DNA of 36,263 nucleotides from IMG/VR virus record IMGVR_UViG_3300045988_159823, positions 1 through 36,263 of that record, one strand, 5' to 3'. A program made the position numbers and the translations under genes. Positions 1 through 8,279 of this stretch are shown here, piece by piece. Source of the DNA: a virus (Duplodnaviria; Heunggongvirae; Uroviricota; Caudoviricetes). Positions within the stretch are counted from its first letter, which is position 1. Each line of letters starts with the position of its first letter. Below the pieces are notes generated by a model that was not told the DNA's origin, did no database searches, and worked only from the letters and a program-made list of their open reading frames with translations.

Positions 1-54
1 GGTAGCTCCCTCTGACAAAAGCAGGAATGATGCCATTTTCTCGTTATTTCTGCA

Positions 55-80
55 TTTTCATAAACGTTGGTTTGGGAGAA
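55..80. repeat. hix/gix/pix-like 26-bp inversion crossover site (left copy, inverted orientation)
   Basis: Reverse complement TTCTCCCAAACCAACGTTTATGAAAA matches the site at 1585..1610 over its first 14 bp and resembles the Hin/Gin-family imperfect dyad AAACC-AA-GGTTT. Confidence 0.55.
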
Positions 81-434
81 GCGGCAAAACGGAATGTAGG
101 TAACGGGCAAAACCAAATTCCGGATATGGCGGCGTTTGCCAGTTCACTTTCATCAACGGGTTTTCAAAAACTCCCTTCAGGTCTGATTATTCAGTGGGGT
201 ATTGTCAGTGGAGCATCAAACTATACGGTGACTTACCCGGTAACATTCCCAAATCGTTCACTTGCGCTGTTGGCTGTGCCACATACAACGTCGTTGGCTG
301 GTATATCTGCAATGGGCATTGCGAACTGTTCTGATATCACCAAATCACAGTTCTATATAATTGTTGGCGGTATATCTCAGGGAGAAATTGTCAAATATGA
401 AAGGTCCTGTTTTTGGGTAGCAATCGGTGTATAG
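81..434 (+). CDS. alternative (silent) tail-fibre C-terminal cassette inside the invertible segment; no own start, expected to be fused to the constant fibre N-terminus after inversion
   Basis: Open frame 27..434 ends in a tail-fibre-like C-terminus, lies opposite the expressed fibre gene, and is followed by its own tfa-like ORF. Confidence 0.5.
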   Translation, partial: AAKRNVGNGQNQIPDMAAFASSLSSTGFQKLPSGLIIQWGIVSGASNYTVTYPVTFPNRSLALLAVPHTTSLAGISAMGIANCSDITKSQFYIIVGGISQGEIVKYERSCFWVAIGV

Positions 435-442
435 GTATATCT

Positions 443-838
443 ATGATTTATTTCTCAAAATCGACTAATGGTTTTTTCTTTGATGGTATAAACAGCGACA
501 TGCCTGCTGACATTGTTGAGATAAGTACAGACTTATACAATGAATTAATTGCCGGACAGCAGGAAGGGGGTAAATTAATCACGTCAGATGAAAATGGTTT
601 ACCGGTACTGAAATCTCCGGCGATTGATTATGTCGCACGTGCTGAAAATCAGCGAATGCAGTTACTTGCTCATGCCGATAATGTCACAGCTGACTGGCGA
701 GTGGAATTAATGCTTGGTGATATCAGCAGTACAGATAAAGAAAAACTATCCGCCTGGATGGACTACAAAAAAGAAGTAAAAGCCGTCGACACTTCGACGG
801 CTCCTGAGATTAGCTGGCCTGAGTTACCGGAGGTGTAG
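443..838 (+). CDS. tail fibre assembly protein (Tfa), alternate cassette
   Basis: Tfa-like C-terminus (...LSAWMDYKKEVKAVDTSTAPEISWPELPEV); start taken at internal Met 11 of track ORF 413..838, just after the stop of the fibre cassette. Confidence 0.6.
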   Translation: MIYFSKSTNGFFFDGINSDMPADIVEISTDLYNELIAGQQEGGKLITSDENGLPVLKSPAIDYVARAENQRMQLLAHADNVTADWRVELMLGDISSTDKEKLSAWMDYKKEVKAVDTSTAPEISWPELPEV

Positions 839-1247
839 GCCATTCAATATCTGGAGCACTGGAGGTATCCACCAGTTCCAGTGCGTCCAGGTAATCCAGC
901 CACAAATTATATAGTGCCAGTTCCTCGTCTTTCAGACGACCAATAGCGGCTTTACCGGGCCATTGTTTACTGTTCATGTATTCGTTGGCCTGATTAAGCA
1001 ATAATTGCCTTTCTGATTCTGCCTGTTGAATAAGTTCTTCATGCGATGGTGGAGGTATTAGTGCCCATGTGGGTAATCCATTTTTTCCTGCAACACGAAT
1101 TTTGTCATATGGGGGCGTATTGATTGCAAATTCATTATAAACATCATCACTGACAGCCAGAGCATCATCTGGCCATGAATTTGCATTAATGTAATCATCC
1201 TTAAGCGCAGGATTCACAAAAATGTTTAATGATGGACTATAAAACAT
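810..1247 (-). CDS. tail fibre assembly protein (Tfa), expressed cassette
   Basis: 145 aa; C-terminal motif ...LWLDYLDALELVDTSSAPDIEWP typical of Tfa chaperones; directly downstream of the fibre gene. Confidence 0.75.
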   Translation of the reverse strand: MFYSPSLNIFVNPALKDDYINANSWPDDALAVSDDVYNEFAINTPPYDKIRVAGKNGLPTWALIPPPSHEELIQQAESERQLLLNQANEYMNSKQWPGKAAIGRLKDEELALYNLWLDYLDALELVDTSSAPDIEWPTPPVTQAS

Positions 1248-1248
1248 A

Positions 1249-1887
1249 TTAACCCCCTATAGCGATATAACGACCTAATACAGCATTTGCAGCAGTCGCT
1301 ATGCTTGAAAAACCGCGGAACTGATTTGATGTAATTGCAGAAGCCGACAGGATTCCTGCGCCTGAAGGTGTATGCCCCACATGACTAACTATCATTCCAT
1401 AACATGCTGACGGAAAGGCAAAAGGAAAATCATTAAGATATCCGGCATCTTCACCACCAGACCCACCAAATTTCGCCTGCCCCCACTGAATAATCAGTGT
1501 TCTCCGGGAACCTGAAATAATTAACGGAATCGTTACATACCCATTCAGACCAATGACACCCGATGCAGTGCCAGCCAGAGATAATTCTCCCAAACCAAGG
1601 TTTTCGAGAGCTGTTTTCACGGTGCCATCCGATTTGATATCGCCAAACGGATTCTTGCGGCTTAACAGCAGCGCACGAAGCGCGGTAAGCAGCTGGTCGT
1701 GCCTCCCCTTCTCCAGGCTGGCACCGGATGCCTCCACCACACTGCAAAGCTCCTCCTGTAACATGTCAAAGTAGTCATCATCCAGCTCGGTGGCAGGTGT
1801 ACCGGTCTGGGGGTTACCACGGGTAAAACCGTTCTTACCCGCGCCGAACTTATCCTTCTGCGCGGTTTTCGTGTCTATACGATGCAT
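1249..1887 (-). CDS. side tail fibre protein (constant N-terminus plus variable C-terminus)
   Basis: 212 aa, Gly/Ser-rich fibre-like C-terminus; follows the DUF2313-like gene and contains the crossover site. Confidence 0.75.
   Translation of the reverse strand: MHRIDTKTAQKDKFGAGKNGFTRGNPQTGTPATELDDDYFDMLQEELCSVVEASGASLEKGRHDQLLTALRALLLSRKNPFGDIKSDGTVKTALENLGLGELSLAGTASGVIGLNGYVTIPLIISGSRRTLIIQWGQAKFGGSGGEDAGYLNDFPFAFPSACYGMIVSHVGHTPSGAGILSASAITSNQFRGFSSIATAANAVLGRYIAIGG
1585..1610. repeat. hix/gix/pix-like 26-bp inversion crossover site (right copy, inside the fibre gene)
   Basis: TTCTCCCAAACCAAGGTTTTCGAGAG, an imperfect dyad close to the Hin/Gin/Pin site consensus; inverted partner at 55..80. 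Confidence 0.6.
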
Positions 1888-1890
1888 GGA

Positions 1891-2475
1891 TTACTCCGGA
1901 TATTTAAAAATTACGTAGGTATGCGACGGGCAGAGTTTATTAAGCACACACTCGACAACGGTGTCGCCCCAGATACGCAGTGCGGAATCACAGGGATCGC
2001 CACATGTCATCCAGGTGGTGTTGGTGGCGGCTGGCATGTTGACCTGCCAGTAATACCGCCATTCAGGCGCATTCACCGCGTCAGTACAGGCCGATGAGCA
2101 GGTGAACGTGCTTTTGTCGTATCGCGTGATGTTGGCATCCGGTCTGCCCAGGGCAGCAAGCTGTGCAAGATAAAAATTCTCGTTGATGCCGCCCGCCAGG
2201 TTAACCTTCGCATCCAGCCGTTGCTGACGCTGGCGAAGGGTCTGTGTCCCTGCAGGAATACATTCATCCGGCAGGCCGCACAGACGCTCCCAGCGGTTTA
2301 TCAGTTCGGTGGTGGTGCGCGGATCCAGCTCCCGCATCAGGGCATCCGCACGCTGATGAACACGGGTTAATGACGGTGCTGCACCGGCAATCGCCGGATC
2401 GCTGGCTGACCACGCCGGACCGGGCGGCAGCAGTGCCGACAACAGACGGATGTAATCATCGTTTGTCACGTCCAT
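1891..2475 (-). CDS. tail protein, DUF2313 / YmfQ / Mu gp48-like
   Basis: 194 aa; position between baseplate J and the tail fibre as in Mu and e14. Confidence 0.65.
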   Translation of the reverse strand: MDVTNDDYIRLLSALLPPGPAWSASDPAIAGAAPSLTRVHQRADALMRELDPRTTTELINRWERLCGLPDECIPAGTQTLRQRQQRLDAKVNLAGGINENFYLAQLAALGRPDANITRYDKSTFTCSSACTDAVNAPEWRYYWQVNMPAATNTTWMTCGDPCDSALRIWGDTVVECVLNKLCPSHTYVIFKYPE

Positions 2476-3524
2476 GAAATCGTCCCCAGAACCGCCAGTT
2501 CATTTTTTGCAATGGAGATATTGTCCGCCGGTGCAAGCAATTGATGGCTGTATTCCCCGTTCGCACCGGAAATCGCTTCACTGATACGCGACACCTTCAG
2601 TTCTCCCTGCGGATAACCATCACGCAGCAGGAACGAACGCAACTCCGCAGTGATGGCTGCTCGTATTTCCGGTGTATCCGGCGTCACACGGATATGAAAA
2701 TCCACCGTATGTGCCACCGGCCTGAACACATACAAATCAGAGCCTGCCACCGGGGCCAGTGGCTCGATATGTTGTCTTGCCGCCGTTTCCGTTGATTCTT
2801 CCGGAATGGGATTAATCAGGTCACTGCTGGCAATCATCACACCGACAGTTCCCGTTCCCATCCAGTGACGGTATGTCCATGCGCGGGTAATGCCGGGCAC
2901 TTCTTTAGCCCAGACGACATAGTCCCCGTTAGCCCCGCCCTGCGGCGTCCAGTAATACCGCTCAATGACGCGGGCGCGCCACGTTTCCAGCTCTTCAGTA
3001 TCAAATCCGCCTGTCAGGGTGTCAGCCACACCGGAAGACGGCAGACCATTCACCGGCGTGACCAGGATTAATGCCGTACCGTCGTCAGCGTTACCGACCG
3101 CGCCTGCATTTGAGCAGGCGATCGGCACGCGCAGGACACCACCGGAGCTGGTTGCATCGGCAGTTGCAGTATACTGAACCAGGTCATCGCGCTGAATAAC
3201 ACTCCCGGCGGTCACCTTCAGGCCATCGCTGACACCTTCCCAGCGCATATACCCGCTGGCAGCCGTGGCCCCCTTGCGCGGACACCGTTTCATCGCAGCA
3301 TGTCGCGCCAGCCAGGACTCATCGCACAGGTCAGGCAGCATGTTCATTGCCAGATAATCGATGTACCCGTAAACCGTATGCAGCGCCGCCGCATACACCT
3401 TTGCCCGCACGTCTTCATCCATGCGCCGGAGCGTGTCGCTGACGTCCAGCCTGGCGAATAAATCGTTACGGAGCATACTGATATTTTCTGCCAGCGTCGG
3501 GCGCTGAAATTCACTGTCCGCCAT
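2466..3524 (-). CDS. baseplate J-like protein (Mu gp47-like)
   Basis: 352 aa; size and synteny in a Mu-type baseplate cluster. Confidence 0.7.
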   Translation of the reverse strand: MADSEFQRPTLAENISMLRNDLFARLDVSDTLRRMDEDVRAKVYAAALHTVYGYIDYLAMNMLPDLCDESWLARHAAMKRCPRKGATAASGYMRWEGVSDGLKVTAGSVIQRDDLVQYTATADATSSGGVLRVPIACSNAGAVGNADDGTALILVTPVNGLPSSGVADTLTGGFDTEELETWRARVIERYYWTPQGGANGDYVVWAKEVPGITRAWTYRHWMGTGTVGVMIASSDLINPIPEESTETAARQHIEPLAPVAGSDLYVFRPVAHTVDFHIRVTPDTPEIRAAITAELRSFLLRDGYPQGELKVSRISEAISGANGEYSHQLLAPADNISIAKNELAVLGTISWT

Positions 3525-3939
3525 GCGTTATCGCACTCCACAGATCATCAAAAGAAATCATTACCGGTCCGTCACGACGCCAGAGAGTGATACTGTTACC
3601 CAGTTCATTAATCCCGGTGCGGCGGATATCCAGATCAATACGGGACACCACGCCGTCATCAATCATCCATTGCAGGCATTCGCGGATATACCCCCTTACC
3701 GTCAGCACCAGCTGATTGGTCAGTTTGCTGCGCTGAAGCAGCCACAGTCGGGAGCCGTAACGGTCATTCTGTACCGCAGGCCAGGTATCCCCCCACCATC
3801 CCATCGGGACGTCGGCATTGTCATCAGGCTCCGCCCGCCGCCAGGTGAACAGGGAAATCACCACGGCGCGGGTCAGCGGATCCAGCGGTGCGCTGGCGCA
3901 GGTGCGTTTACCGTTCACCGTCAGCCACAGTTCCATCAT
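3511..3939 (-). CDS. baseplate protein, Mu gp46-like
   Basis: 142 aa; overlapping start/stop with neighbours; synteny. Confidence 0.55.
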   Translation of the reverse strand: MMELWLTVNGKRTCASAPLDPLTRAVVISLFTWRRAEPDDNADVPMGWWGDTWPAVQNDRYGSRLWLLQRSKLTNQLVLTVRGYIRECLQWMIDDGVVSRIDLDIRRTGINELGNSITLWRRDGPVMISFDDLWSAITHGGQ

Positions 3940-4484
3940 GCCTCCATCGCTTTATCAGGTTTGTCGGTGTTACTGCCCTGACCGTTCTCTCTGTGACGAT
4001 GCCCGTTATAGGCAAGCCGCATCGCTGACATGGTGGTGCCGCCGGAGTCGCACAGGTCTTTCACCTGTCCGGTCACTTCCAGGTCCATTTCAAAACGTGC
4101 TCTGGGCGCATTGCGAAACGTGATCGTTTTACCTGCACCGTCCACCACGATCCCCTCCCGGGTCAGCGTCACAGACTGCCCCTGATCGTCATAGACAGCC
4201 ACCTCACCCGTCTGCAGCCCTTTTAGGCGGTAGCGTCGGTCCGACACCGTAACAACCACCGCATGAGAACGGTCGCCATCCGGAAATAACACCACCGCTT
4301 CCGCACCGCTGTTTGCCCTTGCGGTAAAACCGTAGGGTTCAAGATGTTCAACCCCAGCTTTGGGTTCACCGGCAATCAGAGACACATCCACGGTCTGACA
4401 TTTCGTGGCGGCACTGATGCTTTTCACCACGGCCCGCCCAATCAGGCCGAGGAGTTGTCGCTGCATGGCTTCAATCGTCCTCAT
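3936..4484 (-). CDS. baseplate assembly / spike protein (Mu gp45 / gpV-like)
   Basis: 182 aa; synteny. Confidence 0.55.
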   Translation of the reverse strand: MRTIEAMQRQLLGLIGRAVVKSISAATKCQTVDVSLIAGEPKAGVEHLEPYGFTARANSGAEAVVLFPDGDRSHAVVVTVSDRRYRLKGLQTGEVAVYDDQGQSVTLTREGIVVDGAGKTITFRNAPRARFEMDLEVTGQVKDLCDSGGTTMSAMRLAYNGHRHRENGQGSNTDKPDKAMEA

Positions 4485-5563
4485 CAGAACGGGTCCTCCT
4501 GTACTCTGGCTTTTTTCTTTTTCCGCGCGCCGGGGGCTTCGGGTTCAGGCAGATAAGCATCAGGTGGGCCGACACGGATTTCCGTCAGGGTGCCGTTCTG
4601 GTCCTGAGTAAACGTGACTTCCGAAACAAGCAGTTCGGTATTGTCGAAACCACAGACCGGATCGAAGACAATCACCCGCTGGTTGGGCTGCCACAGCGTA
4701 CCGTTACCCTGTCGCCAGCCCTGCACCACATAGGTGGTTTCATCCGTCCGCGCCGCCCGTTGTCGGGCTTCAAAGTCCGCACGGGCAATACAGCCTGCCC
4801 CCGTAGCCTGCCCTGTCTGCCTGATATACATCGGACGGTAACGGGCAATAAATGCGTCCTCTGTGCGGGCCCGCAGCGCGGTGGTGGTGGCCTCACCGAA
4901 ATCATCGTCGTTTCCGGCACGCTGCCCCGCCACCTGGTAAACTGAAAACCGCTCCCGGATACTCTTCTCCGTATCACAGGAAAGGATGTTTTCCCCAAGT
5001 ACCAGCGCGGTATGTGCCCGCGTTGAGCCAATACCGCCAATCACCAGCCTGCCGTGCGGGTCGTCATAAGCCAGCGCCTGCTGCTGACCGAGTATTTTGT
5101 TGATTACCTCAATCACCGTTTCACCGTGATCAGGCTGGACATCAGGAATAACACCCGACGGCGCACCGCTGTTCACCACCTCAATGCCGAAAGGCGCAGC
5201 AAGCGCCTGCGCAATCTGTACCAGCGATCGTCCGTTAAACTGTGTCGGTTCGGCTGCACAGTCAATCAGGTCAGCGGTCAGACTGCGTCCGGCAATACCG
5301 GTGCTGACCGAACGGGCATCGTAACGAACGGGCGTCGCCTCCACCCAGCCGGTGATCACCAGCTCATCACCAATCAGCACCTCCACTTTTGAACCGTTTT
5401 TAATGCGCGGCTGAAGCGTGGTGATACCCTCATCTCCCGGCCACTGGCGGGTGATCTCCACACTGAAATCCCGCGCCAGTCGTTCAACACCGGCACCGAT
5501 GCGCACCGATGTCCAGCCATTCCACTCCCGGCCATTTACCCGTAGCGTGACGTTATCGTTCAT
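4484..5563 (-). CDS. tail / baseplate hub protein (Mu gp44 / P2 gpD-like)
   Basis: 359 aa; ATGA start-stop overlap with the upstream gene; synteny. Confidence 0.6.
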   Translation of the reverse strand: MNDNVTLRVNGREWNGWTSVRIGAGVERLARDFSVEITRQWPGDEGITTLQPRIKNGSKVEVLIGDELVITGWVEATPVRYDARSVSTGIAGRSLTADLIDCAAEPTQFNGRSLVQIAQALAAPFGIEVVNSGAPSGVIPDVQPDHGETVIEVINKILGQQQALAYDDPHGRLVIGGIGSTRAHTALVLGENILSCDTEKSIRERFSVYQVAGQRAGNDDDFGEATTTALRARTEDAFIARYRPMYIRQTGQATGAGCIARADFEARQRAARTDETTYVVQGWRQGNGTLWQPNQRVIVFDPVCGFDNTELLVSEVTFTQDQNGTLTEIRVGPPDAYLPEPEAPGARKKKKARVQEDPF

Positions 5564-6888
5564 TGCACTGGCACCTTCAGAGGGATCACCGGCACAAAGC
5601 CGGGATGCGTAATGGCATTACGCCGGATAATGTCCGCGTCACGCGCCGCGTTATCAAACCAGGTCGCCGCCAGCACCAGCGCGGGTAAAACCTCATCCGG
5701 CGTGCGCTGAATGATCCGTGCAGACTGTTCAAGGCGCGTGTTGATATCCGCATTCAGATCTGCTTTCACCCGGCGCAGCGCCAGAAACAGCGCATCACTG
5801 GTTGTACGGGACAACTCCTTATCAATTGCCGTATTCAGTGTGTCGCGAATGTCAGTCAGTTCTTCCCACGTCGGCAGATCAACCGTGTTTTTCACCGCCG
5901 GTGCATTGTTCAGTGCCGGATGCGTAACGGAAGGCCAGCCGGTGCTCTGCGCGGGTGTTGTTGACTGCCCCACTGCGGCATTCTGCATCACCGCAGAAGT
6001 TGTTGGCGCAGGCAATCGGGTAACGGCATACGCCGCTTCGCTGATTGCAGTCGTACGAAGGGTGCTGGCAACCATGTTACGCTGCTGCGTCGCTGTGGCG
6101 GTGGTTTTACTGTCCGTTTTCCAGACGCCGCGCGGTTGCAAATCGCTGCCGAGGCTGACACCAGAAAGCGTTTTGATCATGGTGACCAGGTCGCTGGCGT
6201 TACCATAAAGGCGTTTCCCGGTACGCCACATTTTCTGCATCTGCTCAACGAAATTTTTGCCTGACGATGGTGGCGGCAGAAGTACCGAGATATCCCCCTG
6301 CAACAGCCTGGCAGCATCCGATACGGCAGAATCCACCACTTTCATCGCATCAGAAACATACCCAAGCATTGTGCTGACATTACCAACGACGTCGTTCTGC
6401 ACAAAATCCGCCACGCCATCGATACTGAAACCGCTGAAGCTGTCACTGATGCAGTTATCCAGTGCAGAACAGGATGACATCAGCGTCTGCGCCGTCGCCG
6501 CACCTGATGTGGGGTAAGAGAGTTCTCCTGCTTCGACAAACTTCAGGTCAAAGCGGACAATACGCCCTTCACTTTTCGATGTGCTGACCCGAACTTCCCC
6601 GTCAACACAGACTTTCAGCTCACCGTATGTCGGATGGACAAGCGTGCCGGGACCGGGTTTATTCAGCGCGTCAATCAGGCGATCGCGCTGGTCAAAGCAG
6701 TCATCTCCCACCACATAAGCCGTGATGGACGGGCGAAAAGTGATTTTCCCCAGGTCTTCGGTATAGGGTTTGTCGCGGTTCGGGTATTCATGTGTTTCCA
6801 CACGGCGACCGGTTCCCGCACTTTCTTCTTCAACCTTAAACGGCACACCTCGAAATGACGCATCCTGAAGCCTGTCTTTCCACGTCAT
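5560..6888 (-). CDS. DNA circularization protein (Mu N / gp43-like)
   Basis: N-terminus MTWKDRLQDASFRGVPFKVEEE... is Mu N-like; ATG at 6888 is preceded by GGAG; the track ORF extends to a TTG at 6936 inside the IS200 end region. Confidence 0.65.
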   Translation of the reverse strand: MTWKDRLQDASFRGVPFKVEEESAGTGRRVETHEYPNRDKPYTEDLGKITFRPSITAYVVGDDCFDQRDRLIDALNKPGPGTLVHPTYGELKVCVDGEVRVSTSKSEGRIVRFDLKFVEAGELSYPTSGAATAQTLMSSCSALDNCISDSFSGFSIDGVADFVQNDVVGNVSTMLGYVSDAMKVVDSAVSDAARLLQGDISVLLPPPSSGKNFVEQMQKMWRTGKRLYGNASDLVTMIKTLSGVSLGSDLQPRGVWKTDSKTTATATQQRNMVASTLRTTAISEAAYAVTRLPAPTTSAVMQNAAVGQSTTPAQSTGWPSVTHPALNNAPAVKNTVDLPTWEELTDIRDTLNTAIDKELSRTTSDALFLALRRVKADLNADINTRLEQSARIIQRTPDEVLPALVLAATWFDNAARDADIIRRNAITHPGFVPVIPLKVPVQ

Positions 6889-7009
6889 ATACACTCCGAA
6901 AATAAATATCCTCCGGCATAGCCGGAGGTTTTTCAAATGCGCCTATAAGGCTCTCTTACCAGCCGCGCCCTAACAGGCGCACACGATCTGACATTTGCAT
7001 CCAACTTCG

Positions 7010-7468
7010 TTACTTACGGCCCGTAAACGGGCTGCCCGGATAGGGAATCGATAGCTGCTCTCCCATTTTATCCTCTTCAAGCTGGTGCTTTATGTAATCC
7101 TGTATCTTCGCCGTGTTCTTACCCACTGTATCGACGTAGTACCCTCTGCACCAGAACTCCCTGTTCCTGTATTTGAATTTCAAATCACCAAACTGCTCGT
7201 AAAGCATCAGACTGCTTTTCCATTTCAGATATCCCATAAAGCCGGATACGCTCATTTTGGGCGGGATCTCCACAAGCATATGGATATGATCTGCACAGCA
7301 TTCAGCTTCCAGAATCCGTACACTTTTCCACTCACACAGCTTTCTCAAAATACTGCCTATTGCTCTACGCTTCTCTCTGTAGAACACCTGTCTTCGGTAT
7401 TTTGGCGCAAAAACTATGTGATATTTACAGTTCCATCGGGTGTGCGCTAAGCTCTTTTCGTTCCCCAT
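7010..7468 (-). CDS. tnpA: IS200 transposase TnpA (HUH / Y1 family)
   Basis: MGNEKSLAHTRWNCKYHIVFAPKYRRQVFY... and the HIHMLVEIPPKMSVS motif are characteristic of IS200 TnpA; start at internal Met 18 of the track ORF. Confidence 0.85.
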   Translation of the reverse strand: MGNEKSLAHTRWNCKYHIVFAPKYRRQVFYREKRRAIGSILRKLCEWKSVRILEAECCADHIHMLVEIPPKMSVSGFMGYLKWKSSLMLYEQFGDLKFKYRNREFWCRGYYVDTVGKNTAKIQDYIKHQLEEDKMGEQLSIPYPGSPFTGRK

Positions 7469-7611
7469 TGGGACCCCCTTTTGATTTCTTGTTTGACACT
7501 TGCAGTTGCCAGACCGCAAGGTGTTTTAACAAATCAAAAGGGGTTTTAATAACTGGCTCAAAGCTGAAAGCTTTCCGGACCCCCCAGCCTAGCTGGGGGT
7601 TTTCTGTGCAC

Positions 7612-7637
7612 AAAAAAGCCACCTATTAGAAGGTGGC
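7612..7637 (-). terminator. rho-independent terminator (hairpin GCCACCT/AGGTGGC plus T-run on the minus strand)
   Basis: 7-bp GC-rich stem followed by TTTTTT in the minus sense, 20 bp downstream of the 7658..8188 gene; may instead be the IS200 left-end palindrome. Confidence 0.5.
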
Positions 7638-7657
7638 CTTGTAATGAATTTTATTAA

Positions 7658-8188
7658 TTAGCGAGTCAGAAACAACGAATCTTTATACTTTTGCTGTTGT
7701 TCATTTAAATACTTAGCTGTTTCATCGCTGGCAAATGGAAATATTACCGTATTTTTAGGCATGGTAATTTCTTTTTTGTCCAGCGTCAGAGTAAACATAG
7801 GAACATACTGAGCAGAGTAACGCACCGCAGAAACGAGCTCTAGTTTAGACTCTTCAACAACACTTAAATTATCCAGGCTAACTTTCTCTTCATCTTTTTT
7901 CTTTGACGCATTTAAAGTTTTTATTACTTTATTTAATTTCTCCTGAAAATCCTCCTTAAAGTTTTCAGGATTGCCGTCGACAACAAGAATCTGTTCACCC
8001 TGATTATCTGGAAAAATAATCTTTGCACTTATCAATTTATTTTCTTTATAAACATCACCAAGTTTTATGGCTCCTCCAGATAACTGAATAATATGTTCAT
8101 CTTTAAAGGAGATGTTGCCAGAGATTATGAGAGATGAAAAAACAGCCGCTGCTCCAAGAATTACACTTGCTGTGATATAGCCTTTCAT
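7658..8188 (-). CDS. AT-rich cargo gene: secreted/periplasmic protein of unknown function
   Basis: N-terminal signal peptide MKGYITASVILGAAAVFSSLIISG with no lipobox Cys; Lys/Glu-rich mature part; AT-rich relative to flanking tail genes. Confidence 0.55.
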   Translation of the reverse strand: MKGYITASVILGAAAVFSSLIISGNISFKDEHIIQLSGGAIKLGDVYKENKLISAKIIFPDNQGEQILVVDGNPENFKEDFQEKLNKVIKTLNASKKKDEEKVSLDNLSVVEESKLELVSAVRYSAQYVPMFTLTLDKKEITMPKNTVIFPFASDETAKYLNEQQQKYKDSLFLTR

Positions 8189-8279
8189 TTTTCGCCTATT
8201 AACATTTTTCTAAATGTGCATTAATTCTATCACTCTATTTATGACTTACAACCAGCAATACCTGTGAGGGGAATCCTGG

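Larger units (their letters stand above)
6900..7648 (-). mobile_element. IS200 insertion sequence (IS200/IS605 family); termini approximate
   Basis: 152-aa Y1 transposase ORF flanked by GC-rich 8-bp-stem hairpins (6910..6928, 7581..7599) and a terminator-like hairpin (7618..7637); boundaries uncertain by tens of bp without a reference copy. Confidence 0.6.

Noticed and set aside
1451-1774. ORFs overlapping the tail fibre gene on both strands (1451..1747 minus, 1553..1774 plus)
   Set aside because: Alternative-frame or antisense shadows of the fibre gene with Trp/Cys/Arg-rich composition
4672-6208. Several 60-165 aa ORFs inside the baseplate and circularization genes (for example 4672..5040, 5054..5392, 5711..6208)
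   Set aside because: Shadow ORFs typical of GC-rich coding DNA; all lie within longer, syntenic structural genes
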